Assembly: GCA_045587125.1 (NCBI GenBank)
Contig: JAZNBN010000006.1
Coordinates: 1,118-65,117 of the forward strand
Direction of reading: 5' to 3'
Origin: Candidatus Enterousia sp.
GTDB taxonomy: Bacteria; Pseudomonadota; Alphaproteobacteria; Rs-D84
Length of the DNA: 64,000 nucleotides
A program made the position numbers and the translations under genes. Every line of letters starts with the position of its first letter. Positions within the stretch are counted from its first letter, which is position 1. This document shows, piece by piece, positions 28,110 to 37,590 of the stretch. Below the pieces are notes generated by a model. That model was not told the DNA's origin and searched no databases. It worked only from the letters and a program-made list of their open reading frames with translations.

Positions 28110-28182
28110 ATTCTCTCTTAGGTTCAATTTTATCATAAACCCCACATTATTGAAAGTAAAAAAATGAATGATTTTACTCTAT

Positions 28183-28281
28183 CACTGTGATTAGCGAAAA
28201 AATTAAAGATAATGGTATAGATAAGCGGGTTGGCAATGGCGTAGTGTACAGAAGTTACATGAGTGCTTTACCCCACCCCGT
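28183..28281. repeat. nested-hairpin repeat, copy 1a (left arm, variable module and apical stem present; right outer arm missing; decayed)
   Basis: cactgtgattagcgaaaaaattaaagataatggtatagata + agcgggttggcaatggc + gtagtgtacagaagttacatga + a partly complementary right module. It abuts copy 1b directly. Confidence 0.8.
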
Positions 28282-28398
28282 AATTAGCGGAAAAATTAAA
28301 GATAATGGTATAGATACGCACAAACCCGACATCGTAGTGTACAAATGCTACATGAGATGTCGGGTTTGTGTGTAGATATGCCATTAGATTTAATTTTA
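28282..28398. repeat. nested-hairpin repeat, copy 1b (complete)
   Basis: Hairpin 28292-28397. The outer arms pair over 25 positions with two tandem G.A/A.G mismatches and one G.U. The inner stem is 17 bp (cgcacaaacccgacatc / gatgtcgggtttgtgtg). The apical stem is gta(g)tgta / tacatga. The right end overlaps the ftsK stop codon. Confidence 0.9.
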
Positions 28399-30660
28399 CA
28401 GTATTTGACGTTTGTTATTCACATCAGGCCCAGATATCACACCCTCTTGCTCCATACGTTCAATCAATCCTGCCGCCTTGTTATATCCGATTTGCAAACG
28501 ACGTTGCAGATAAGAAATACTGGTCTTTTTATCACGCAGAACAATTTCTTTGGCCTGTTCATACAAGTCTGCATCTTTACCTGCCTTGACTTCTGCCTTG
28601 GACGGCGTAACAGGTGCATTATCTTCTTCGCTTTCGGTTACACCAGATGCATATTCAGGTTCACCTTGGGCACGCAAGAATTTTCCAACACGATTTAATT
28701 CATCGTCTGCAATAAATGCACCATGAATTCGCACAGGGACACGGCCTGCTTCACTGAATAACATATCACCACAAGACAACAGATTTTCTGCGCCTTTTTC
28801 ACCCAATGTTGTCATAGAATCAATATGACTGCGTGCCTGGAACGATACACGTGTTGGGAAATTCGCCTTGATAACACCTGTAATTGTTGTTGCGTCTGGT
28901 CGTTGGGTCGCCATGACCAAGTGAATACCTGCTGCACGGGCCTTTTGTGCAATACGTTGTACACATGCCTCTACCTCTTTACGGGCCAAAGACATCAGGT
29001 CTGCCACCTCGTCAATAATAATGACGATATATGGAATATCAGACAAATCTACTTCTTGGGTTTCAAATAATAATTCACCTGTTTCAGGGTCTGTACCAAC
29101 CGCGACCTGTTTGGTTACTTTTTCACCACTGGCACGTTTTTCCGCAGCAATTTCATTATAACTTTCTACATTACGCGCATTCAGTAATTGCAATTGTTTG
29201 TAACGTTCTTCCATTTCACGTACAGCCCACTTTAATGCGTTCACAGCCGCCGCCGGATCTAACTTTACAATAGGCGTAATTAAATGCGGAATGTCATCCC
29301 AGAATCCAAAGTCAACACCCTTGGGGTCAATAATCATCAATTTACACTTATCAGGAGTAAAGTGATAAACAATTGACGTGATAATAGATTGCACAAACAC
29401 AGACTTACCAGACCCAGTACGTCCAGCAATCAACATATGTGGCATTTTTGCCAAATCGTAATACAATGGATTTCCACCAATATCTACACCCAATGCCAAT
29501 GGAATTTTATACTTTGAATTAATAAATGTTTCATTTGCAACCAATGTCTGATAACGCACAGTTTGACGCTTTAAATTAACCATTTCAACACCAATCAACT
29601 GGGTGCTGGGGATATGCGCAATACGAATATTTTCAGTCGCCATCGCACGTGTCATATCACGTACAGTGTTGCTAACATCTGCCATACGTGTACCACTATC
29701 TGGCATAAATTCATATAATGTAACAATTGGTCCCGGGCGAATCCCAACAACTTTGCCATTAACACCATATTCTGCAAAATGAACCTCCATCGCAGCGGCA
29801 TTACGTTTCAATTCAGGCGTTACTACATTTTTACCAAACACAGATTTTTCTAATAATTTTGGATCTGGCAAATTATACATAGCCGCTGCACGACGTGGAC
29901 GAACCGCCGCCACAGCCGTAGCAACCTTTCCCGTCTCTGCCTTAGGCGCACGTTTTTTTACCAATGTACGTTTTGGTTTTTCTTCTGGTTCTTCTTCGGT
30001 TTCATCTTCCTCTTCTTCGTCTTCTTCGTATTCTTCATCGTCTTCATATTCACCCTGGGCAGGTTTTATAAGGTGGAATGCACTGGCAATCCAACGCACC
30101 CAACGAATCAATACACCAAACGCCCAACGAAGATGTGCAAAACTGATATGCAACAACATTCCAGCCATAAACACAAATATACCAACACACAACACACCCA
30201 ACACAGGTGAAAATTTACCCAATGCCGCACCAATATCTGTGGAAACAATCGCACCAAACATGCCGCCATAATTTCCCGATGGAACCAACAATCCAAAACC
30301 AATTGCACCCACACAAACAGTTACAAAACCACGCAGAAAATTATATTCAGGCGAATAATCAATATTCATCCCCAGCATTTTTAATGCACCCCAACGAGTA
30401 AGTGCCAACAATACAAAAAACGCAGGCACCACACCAACGGCATATCGTAACGCACCAACGATATTTCCCATAACAGATTGTGTACCAAAGTTACTTGCAA
30501 CTGCGAACCCATTCATATACGGATCATACATACATACTGCAAACAATGCCCAAACGCCGCACAACATCAGTACCCCACCAAAGATGCGGCCCCACAAACT
30601 CTTTAATGCCCCAGAAACACCCGAAGGCAAAAATTTTGATTTTTTAGATTTCCTTGCCAT
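28396..30660 (-). CDS. ftsK: DNA translocase FtsK
   Basis: 754 aa with N-terminal TM helices, an acidic linker (EEYEEDEEEEDETEEE), a motor domain with Walker A GRTGSGKS, and a C-terminal gamma winged-helix (SISYLQRRLQIGYNKAA). Confidence 0.93.
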   Translation of the reverse strand: MARKSKKSKFLPSGVSGALKSLWGRIFGGVLMLCGVWALFAVCMYDPYMNGFAVASNFGTQSVMGNIVGALRYAVGVVPAFFVLLALTRWGALKMLGMNIDYSPEYNFLRGFVTVCVGAIGFGLLVPSGNYGGMFGAIVSTDIGAALGKFSPVLGVLCVGIFVFMAGMLLHISFAHLRWAFGVLIRWVRWIASAFHLIKPAQGEYEDDEEYEEDEEEEDETEEEPEEKPKRTLVKKRAPKAETGKVATAVAAVRPRRAAAMYNLPDPKLLEKSVFGKNVVTPELKRNAAAMEVHFAEYGVNGKVVGIRPGPIVTLYEFMPDSGTRMADVSNTVRDMTRAMATENIRIAHIPSTQLIGVEMVNLKRQTVRYQTLVANETFINSKYKIPLALGVDIGGNPLYYDLAKMPHMLIAGRTGSGKSVFVQSIITSIVYHFTPDKCKLMIIDPKGVDFGFWDDIPHLITPIVKLDPAAAVNALKWAVREMEERYKQLQLLNARNVESYNEIAAEKRASGEKVTKQVAVGTDPETGELLFETQEVDLSDIPYIVIIIDEVADLMSLARKEVEACVQRIAQKARAAGIHLVMATQRPDATTITGVIKANFPTRVSFQARSHIDSMTTLGEKGAENLLSCGDMLFSEAGRVPVRIHGAFIADDELNRVGKFLRAQGEPEYASGVTESEEDNAPVTPSKAEVKAGKDADLYEQAKEIVLRDKKTSISYLQRRLQIGYNKAAGLIERMEQEGVISGPDVNNKRQIL

Positions 30661-30692
30661 AACACATCTATTTTATCATAAAATTCACAAAA

Positions 30693-30728
30693 AAAATAGG
30701 CGTTTATTTTTTTCGCCTATTTTTTTAT
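30693..30728 (-). terminator. intrinsic terminator after the PAP2 gene
   Basis: aataggcg/cgcctatt stem flanked by A and T runs, immediately after the stop at 30729. Confidence 0.65.
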
Positions 30729-31415
30729 TTATTTTTGTCGTCCAAGAATCAAATATTTCACAATATCTGCAATTACCATACCTATAAATGCCCCCAATAA
30801 TACATCAGATGGCCAATGTGCACCATATGCAACACGGGACAATCCAACCAATACCGCCAACGTCCATGTCCAAGGTTTATATCGTGGGGCCAACATTCCA
30901 ATCATAACCAAACCTGCAAATGTTACCGTCGTATGACCAGACGGCATTGAATTAAACGCCCAATCAAATGACGGTGGATAAAAACCTGTCATATCCAACG
31001 CTTCAAAAAATATAGGGCGAGCACGACCAATAAGTATCTTTAAAATTTTAACAACGATGCCCGCTGATAAAACACTGCAAAAAATCAAAAAAGCATGACT
31101 GGTTTTAACCGCATTAAATGTATTACGAACAGCCAAAAACAAATCAAAGTGATTTCTTTCATTTTTAAATTTAATTTCTGATTTTATTATTTTTTTAACA
31201 CACAAAACACCCAACACAATCGTTGCAAACATTATCCATACATGTGCACTAAACACATTATCAAAAACACTACATAACCAACCATTAAAATTACGCAAAA
31301 ATAAAAACAAAGGCTGATCTAAAAAAAACACACCAGCCAACACCAACACAAAAGTTATCAGTGCACCCCAACCCATTTTACGCCACTTTATTTTATTACA
31401 ACATGTCAAAAACAT
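30729..31415 (-). CDS. PAP2-family lipid phosphatase
   Basis: The motifs KILIGRARP, PSGHT and SRVAYGAHWPSD fit KxxxxxxRP / PSGH / SRxxxxxHxxxD. It has multiple TM helices. The start is uncertain (M1 or M14). Confidence 0.8.
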   Translation of the reverse strand: MFLTCCNKIKWRKMGWGALITFVLVLAGVFFLDQPLFLFLRNFNGWLCSVFDNVFSAHVWIMFATIVLGVLCVKKIIKSEIKFKNERNHFDLFLAVRNTFNAVKTSHAFLIFCSVLSAGIVVKILKILIGRARPIFFEALDMTGFYPPSFDWAFNSMPSGHTTVTFAGLVMIGMLAPRYKPWTWTLAVLVGLSRVAYGAHWPSDVLLGAFIGMVIADIVKYLILGRQK

Positions 31416-31438
31416 ACCACACCCCTTGGTTATGAATT

Positions 31439-32944
31439 TTATTCTGCAAGCAATCTGTTATAAACCTTTTTCTCTGTCAAAATTTTAACAGCAATTGCCA
31501 AAGACAATGCGTCTTCATCTGCACCACTGGTAATTGTTGGGCAACCACGACGAACTGCATCTACATTAACATCTTCTTTTCTATTAAAATCTTGCATATT
31601 AAAGTCATTATTTAAAACATTTACGAAAAACGCATTTTGTTGTTGATTTGATCTGATATTAGACAAACATACAATTGGAAAAACGCCGCGTTTATCAATA
31701 ACACGACCAGACCCGGTTTTAACAGATTTGTTTAATAATTCCAACATACCGCCATTATCTAAATCAATCTGTGATGCAATACGTGCATATCCTGCAGTTG
31801 GCGTTCCAACCAATACGCCACGATGATTTTCATAAAACGCAGCAACCAATGCTTCGGCTGTACCACGCGTCATATCAGACATCAATACGACCACAGGTGC
31901 GTCACTTACCGCCGCACCACCTGGGATAATTTCAACTTCATCACGTGCAGTTTCAATAACACGCATAACAGGCACCTGTCCCATGAACAAACCCGCCAAT
32001 TTTGCCATTGCCTTTTCATCATCACCAGACGCAGCACGCAAATCCAAAACAATAGCATATACGCCTGCATAATTGGCCAAGGCTTGATTTATAATACTTA
32101 CAGAATTATTTGTAATTTTATGAACAACAATTTCTAAAATACCACCGAAACCTGCATCATCACGATAAACAATATCTGCATCTGCCAACGCAATTGATGC
32201 ACGTCTAAGCACGACATTTGTTTGTCCTGATGGTGTCAGTAATTTTAACTTTACCGTTCCTGATGTAAAACCAGACATAACCCCCGCCAAATCAGCACCT
32301 GTCATTTCTGCAACATTTTTACCGTCAATTTCGACTATTAAATCACCAGACTTTATTCCCGAAAAATCCGCAGGCGAACCTTTATAAACACCTGTTACAC
32401 GGAAATTACCACGACTATCACGTGCACCTTCAATACCAATACTGGTCAATATTTTTCCTTCTTCGGTTACTTGGGAATTTTTAGAAAGCACATATTTTCC
32501 ATGCTCATCTAAACCACGAACCAAACTTTCAACCGCAATTTGATAAATAGAATTTTCACTCATCGCACGCAGACGTGGATCATGTTGGCGCATTTTTAAA
32601 ATTAACGCGGTTGTAATTTCACCGAATGCACGCCAATCTTTTTCCTGGGGGCGTGAAAAGTTACCTATAATTGTATCACCCCAAACCAAAACAATTCTTT
32701 CATCTGTGGATGCAATATGTGCCAAAGAATTTATATTTTCCAATCCCTCAATTGCCAGATTCAGATTTTTTCCACCCCAATTTACACCATCCAGTTTTTC
32801 ATATACATCTGCAAAAGTGTCTGACATAACAAACACAGGCAAACCGTCTTGGATTGGTTCATCTTCAAAAAACAAACTATTTGCAAATGATGGCAAAGTA
32901 ACCAGGACTAAAAACACCCAAACAAAAAATTTTTTTATACTCAT
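31439..32944 (-). CDS. S41 (C-terminal processing) peptidase homolog, catalytic dyad apparently replaced
   Basis: 501 aa with a signal peptide, a PDZ domain (GVYKGSPADFSGIKSGDLIVEIDG) and an S41 core. Aligned by eye to E. coli Prc (SAS*ASE...TFGK*G), it reads TRGTAE...TAGYA. Confidence 0.7.
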   Translation of the reverse strand: MSIKKFFVWVFLVLVTLPSFANSLFFEDEPIQDGLPVFVMSDTFADVYEKLDGVNWGGKNLNLAIEGLENINSLAHIASTDERIVLVWGDTIIGNFSRPQEKDWRAFGEITTALILKMRQHDPRLRAMSENSIYQIAVESLVRGLDEHGKYVLSKNSQVTEEGKILTSIGIEGARDSRGNFRVTGVYKGSPADFSGIKSGDLIVEIDGKNVAEMTGADLAGVMSGFTSGTVKLKLLTPSGQTNVVLRRASIALADADIVYRDDAGFGGILEIVVHKITNNSVSIINQALANYAGVYAIVLDLRAASGDDEKAMAKLAGLFMGQVPVMRVIETARDEVEIIPGGAAVSDAPVVVLMSDMTRGTAEALVAAFYENHRGVLVGTPTAGYARIASQIDLDNGGMLELLNKSVKTGSGRVIDKRGVFPIVCLSNIRSNQQQNAFFVNVLNNDFNMQDFNRKEDVNVDAVRRGCPTITSGADEDALSLAIAVKILTEKKVYNRLLAE

Positions 32945-32981
32945 TTTATCCCCCCTGGTTACAAATCCATCTGTTATAAAT

Positions 32982-33854
32982 TTATTTATCTGTATCGCGT
33001 AAATTAAAGTTATACAGTATCATATTAGAAATATAAATACTTGTAAACGTACCCATTACAATAGAAAATCCCATTGCCAATGCGAAATCACGCAACATCG
33101 CACCACCAAACAAGAATATACCAATCATAGCCAACAATGTAGAAACACTGGTCAACATTGTACGACGCAACATTTCATTAACAGACAAATCTATCAAATC
33201 AGACATAGGCATTTTATGATACTTTTTTACATTTTCATCAATACGGTCATAATTTACAACCTTGTCATTAATAGAATATCCAATACCCGTCAAAATAACA
33301 GCAATCGCAGTCTGATTAAATTCCAAACCTGTAATAGAAAAGAAACCAAACATCAATACAAAGTCCAAGAACAATGATACAAATGCACCAACTGCATAGC
33401 CACCACGATATCTTATCCAAACATAAATTGCCATCATAACAAACGCGAACAATATCGCCAAGATACCACCACGAACCAATTCACCACCGATTTTTGGTCC
33501 AACAATTTGCACCTGAGAATATTCTACGTTTTCGCCCAAAATATTTTTAATTTGCGACACACGTTCATTTTGCTCGGCATCTGTTGCGTCTTTTGGCAAA
33601 CCCAATCGTATCAAGATTGATTTACCATCAACCTGTTGCAATTCTGGATTAAATTCAGACAATTGATTACGCATTTTATCAATGGTGTAACCTTCTTCTA
33701 TGGGTGTAACCTCCATAGATATACCGCCCGAGAAATCAATTCCGTAATTCAATCCACGAAACAACAAAGACAAAACAGATAACAATACCAAAGCCCCTGA
33801 AATAACATAGGCAATTTTACGATATTTCATAAAATGTAATTTCATTTTAAACAC
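32982..33854 (-). CDS. secF: protein translocase subunit SecF
   Basis: 290 aa with SecF topology and motifs (GIDFSGG, GYSINDKVV). It lies downstream of secD. The start may be an internal Met. Confidence 0.9.
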   Translation of the reverse strand: MFKMKLHFMKYRKIAYVISGALVLLSVLSLLFRGLNYGIDFSGGISMEVTPIEEGYTIDKMRNQLSEFNPELQQVDGKSILIRLGLPKDATDAEQNERVSQIKNILGENVEYSQVQIVGPKIGGELVRGGILAILFAFVMMAIYVWIRYRGGYAVGAFVSLFLDFVLMFGFFSITGLEFNQTAIAVILTGIGYSINDKVVNYDRIDENVKKYHKMPMSDLIDLSVNEMLRRTMLTSVSTLLAMIGIFLFGGAMLRDFALAMGFSIVMGTFTSIYISNMILYNFNLRDTDK

Positions 33855-33863
33855 CCCTTTACA

Positions 33864-35417
33864 TTATTTTGCAAAACCGATTTTTTTATTTTTACCATTC
33901 ATATACCAATCAACCAAAACCTTGGTCAACCATACGCATGTGAATAATGTGGTCAAAATACCAATAGACAATGTTACCGCAAAACCACGAATTGGACCTG
34001 CACCGAATTGGAACAATACCAACGCACAAATCAAAGTAGTCAAGTTTCCGTCCATAACTGTCTTTAACGATCTGTCAAAACCGATATTAACCGCACGCAG
34101 TGTTGGCGTACCTGCACGTACTTCATCACGAATACGTTCAAATGGCAATACGTTTGCGTCAACAGCCATACCCAACGTCAACACGATACCTGCAATACCT
34201 GGCAATGTCAATGTCGCACCAAACAAAGCAGTTATACCAACAATCATTCCCAAATTGACCATCAACGAAATACCGGCAATTACACCGAACAAACGATATA
34301 CAAAGAACAAGAATATAAAGATAAACGCAACCCCAACAATGGACCCCAGTTTACCTTTTTCAATCGTATCGGCACCCAATCCTGCCCCGACTGTACGTTC
34401 TTCTATAACCTGTAATGGGGCCGGCAACGCACCACTGCGTAACAGCACAGCCAAATCTTTCGCACCCTGTAATGTAAACCCACCTGAAATTTGACCACGA
34501 CCACCCGGGATTGGTTCACGAATAACAGGTGCAGACAAAACCTGACCGTCTAAAACAATTGCAAAACGTTCCCCAACATGTTCCGTTGTTAACTTTGCGA
34601 ATCTACGTGCCCCAGACGCATCAAACACAGTTGATACAACAGGCATATTATTCTGATCAAAATCAGCCTGAGAATCTTTCAAAGAATCACCTGAAACTTC
34701 TACCCTGGAATACACAGGCACTGTTTGCCATGGCATATCCATATATGGCAAAAATTCCGTACCGTTTGGTGCACGACCAGACGCCATTTGTTCCTGGGTA
34801 ACATTTTCATTTACCAGATGAAATGTCATTTTTGCGGTCTGCCCAATCAGATTTTTTATATGTTCTGGATTATCAACACCTGGCAATTGAACCAAGATAT
34901 ATTTTCCGCCCTGACTTTGAATAGACGGTTCTTTGGTTCCCAATGCATCAATACGACGACGAACAATTTCAATACTGCGTGCCAATGCGTCTTTTATCAT
35001 TTCTTGTTTTTGTACATCAGAATAAGTTAATTTAATAGTCTTGCCTTCTGATGTCATATCAACTGTATTTCCAAACGACGATTTCAAACGTCCCTTGGCA
35101 TCAGATACTTCATCTTCATTACGAACAACCAAAGACACAACACCATCATGGTTACGTAAATTAGAAAAACGAATAACACCCTTATCTCTATCAATTAATG
35201 CACTGCGTGTTTCTTCATATAATTGCTGTGTTTTTTCCTGCAACATCGTAGTTGTATCAACCTCTAGCAATAATTGTGCACCACCTTTTAAATCCAATCC
35301 CAACGGAATTGGCTCAATCCAAGATGGAAAATAAGGTGCCAATTTTGGAGACATTGTCGGCACAGCCAACAAAACACAAAAAGCCGCAACAAAAACAATT
35401 GCTAATTTCTTAAACAT
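33864..35417 (-). CDS. secD: protein translocase subunit SecD
   Basis: 517 aa with LGLDLKGG, a large periplasmic domain and C-terminal RND-like TM helices (GIAGIVLTLGMAVDANV). Confidence 0.92.
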   Translation of the reverse strand: MFKKLAIVFVAAFCVLLAVPTMSPKLAPYFPSWIEPIPLGLDLKGGAQLLLEVDTTTMLQEKTQQLYEETRSALIDRDKGVIRFSNLRNHDGVVSLVVRNEDEVSDAKGRLKSSFGNTVDMTSEGKTIKLTYSDVQKQEMIKDALARSIEIVRRRIDALGTKEPSIQSQGGKYILVQLPGVDNPEHIKNLIGQTAKMTFHLVNENVTQEQMASGRAPNGTEFLPYMDMPWQTVPVYSRVEVSGDSLKDSQADFDQNNMPVVSTVFDASGARRFAKLTTEHVGERFAIVLDGQVLSAPVIREPIPGGRGQISGGFTLQGAKDLAVLLRSGALPAPLQVIEERTVGAGLGADTIEKGKLGSIVGVAFIFIFLFFVYRLFGVIAGISLMVNLGMIVGITALFGATLTLPGIAGIVLTLGMAVDANVLPFERIRDEVRAGTPTLRAVNIGFDRSLKTVMDGNLTTLICALVLFQFGAGPIRGFAVTLSIGILTTLFTCVWLTKVLVDWYMNGKNKKIGFAK

Positions 35418-35435
35418 ACCGATACCCTTTTTATT

Positions 35436-35750
35436 TTACTCTACACTTGCCACTGCATTTTTATTTACTTCAATAACAACGCCCTTGGCAATTTCCATTT
35501 CTATTGTTTTTTCATTTATTTTTTTGATAACGCCATAAATACCCGCAGCCATCACACGATTACCAACCTGCAAAGAATCCAGCATCTTTTGATATTCCGC
35601 CATACGTTTTTTGTTTGGACGAACCATCATTAAATAAATTATTCCGAATACGACCAAACAGTACAAAACCATACCCCACACACTGCCCTGTGGTGCGGCA
35701 ACTTGCCCTGTTTGAACAACAGTATCTACAACTTCGGCTGTATTTTCCAT
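35436..35750 (-). CDS. yajC: preprotein translocase subunit YajC
   Basis: 104 aa with one TM helix, then MMVRPNKKR...L..GD/N.V.T..G..G motifs. It lies upstream of secDF. Confidence 0.85.
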   Translation of the reverse strand: MENTAEVVDTVVQTGQVAAPQGSVWGMVLYCLVVFGIIYLMMVRPNKKRMAEYQKMLDSLQVGNRVMAAGIYGVIKKINEKTIEMEIAKGVVIEVNKNAVASVE

Positions 35751-35821
35751 ATAATTTCTCCTTGTTTAATACCAGAACAGTAGTAAAAAAAGCAGATATT
35801 GTAAAGTAAAAATCACAGAAA

Positions 35822-37585
35822 TTACAATCTTTCAAACCAAGTATCTATTTCGGTCAACGGAATAATTTTATACACAGGTCGCCCATGATTACATTGACCT
35901 GCCCTTTGTGTATTTTCAATATCCCGCAACAGTGCATCCATCTGGGCAAAATCCAACTTTTGACCGGCACGCACAGAATGATGACACGCATAGTTTGCCA
36001 ACTTTAAATGCAACCTTTCATTTAATTGACTGGAAGAACCGTTTTCACGTACTTCATCTGCGATACTTTTTAAAACCTCGTCCCATTTCATATCCCAATC
36101 AGCCGGTTTTTCAAATATAGCCACTGCATCATCACCAAACGCATCAATATGCAACCCAGATTTTTTCAAATCATCTGTGATACTGATAATTGCACAAACA
36201 TCTTCTTCGCGTAATTTAATAACAATAGGTGTCAATAATGGTTGTGATTTTATTTTTCCATTACGTAACTTTTCATAAGTTATACGTTCATGACCGGCAT
36301 GTTGATCAACAATCACCATATTATCACCTTTTTGTGCAATAATATATTTGTTTGCAATCTGCCCCACAACATGTCCCAAAGGCAAATCTATTTCAACTGC
36401 CAAATCATCTTTTGGTGTGCTGATATTTAATTGTTCACCCATTGGAAACAATTCCGGTGTAACTTTTTCCAAAACGTCACGCACAAACATTGGTTTATTT
36501 ACCAATCCAAAATCAAATTTAACAGGCGACACATTTGGCTTGGCATTATGAAAATTATTTGTTTTAAAATCATTCACAGAAACAGACGGTTGGACCTGTG
36601 GCACACTTTGCACCATTGTTTTGGACAATCTGTCACGCAAAGTCTTAATTATAAAAGAACGCACATGTGTTGGTTCTAAAAAATGCACTTCGGTCTTGGC
36701 GGGCGATACATTAACATCAACAGCCCCTGTTGGTAATTTTAAATACAACGCACACAATGGAAATTCACGAGCATGCATAACATCCATATACGCAGCACGC
36801 AACGCACCGACCAAAACTTTATCTTTCACCGGTCGTCCATTAACAAACAAATATTGATCCACAGATGTTGCACGCCTTAGTGTTGGTTGTGAAATATATC
36901 CAGTCAATTCCATTCCAGATGTTGAACCAGACACAGCGTTTATTTCCAACATACGTCCCACAATATCATCACCCATAACCGCCTGCAATCTGTCCAACAA
37001 ACTTTGATTTTTTGGAAAGAACCATTTGTTATTCAGAACAAATCCAACATCTGTTCTGGACATAGCCAATCTTTTTACGACATCTAACACAGACATCATT
37101 TCTGCCCTATCACCACGCAGAAATTTTAAACGTGCAGGTGTTTTTGCGAATAAATTTTGCACACGAATTCTGGTCCCGGTTTGCCAATCAGACGGTTTTA
37201 TTTCACCTGTGGTACAATTAATTTGCCAACCGTTTGAATCTTTGCCATTACATGTATCAATTGTCATATCGGACACAGATGCGATTGATGGTAATGCCTC
37301 GCCCCGAAATCCCATAAAATTGATATTCAGCAAATTATCATCTGGCAACTTTGATGTCGCATGACGCGTAATTGCCAAAGCCAAATCTTCACGTGACATA
37401 CCACATCCATTGTCTGTTATACAAATCAGTGTACGTCCACCATCTTGAACATCAATAACGATTTGGTCTGCCCCCGCATCCAGCGCATTTTCAACCAATT
37501 CTTTAACCACACTGGCTGGTCTTTCCACCACCTCACCGGCGGCAATTTGGTTTATTAAAAAATCTGGCAACGTACGAACAGACAT
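35822..37585 (-). CDS. mutL: DNA mismatch repair protein MutL
   Basis: 587 aa with the GHKL ATPase N-terminus (QIAAGEVVERPASVVKELVENALDAGA, DNGCGM). Confidence 0.93.
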   Translation of the reverse strand: MSVRTLPDFLINQIAAGEVVERPASVVKELVENALDAGADQIVIDVQDGGRTLICITDNGCGMSREDLALAITRHATSKLPDDNLLNINFMGFRGEALPSIASVSDMTIDTCNGKDSNGWQINCTTGEIKPSDWQTGTRIRVQNLFAKTPARLKFLRGDRAEMMSVLDVVKRLAMSRTDVGFVLNNKWFFPKNQSLLDRLQAVMGDDIVGRMLEINAVSGSTSGMELTGYISQPTLRRATSVDQYLFVNGRPVKDKVLVGALRAAYMDVMHAREFPLCALYLKLPTGAVDVNVSPAKTEVHFLEPTHVRSFIIKTLRDRLSKTMVQSVPQVQPSVSVNDFKTNNFHNAKPNVSPVKFDFGLVNKPMFVRDVLEKVTPELFPMGEQLNISTPKDDLAVEIDLPLGHVVGQIANKYIIAQKGDNMVIVDQHAGHERITYEKLRNGKIKSQPLLTPIVIKLREEDVCAIISITDDLKKSGLHIDAFGDDAVAIFEKPADWDMKWDEVLKSIADEVRENGSSSQLNERLHLKLANYACHHSVRAGQKLDFAQMDALLRDIENTQRAGQCNHGRPVYKIIPLTEIDTWFERL

Positions 37586-37590
37586 TATTT

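Noticed and set aside
28183-28398. Tandem hairpin-repeat copies considered as a possible CRISPR array.
   Set aside because: There are only two adjacent units at each locus, and they abut directly with no spacer. The units are about 100 nt long and internally palindromic over their whole length. No cas genes are in the window.
28345-28698. ORFs beginning MLHEMSGLCVD... at 28345 and 42282, which look like a conserved small-protein family.
   Set aside because: The shared residues are simply the translated hairpin repeat. Downstream the frames run antisense into ftsK and trxB and lose all similarity.
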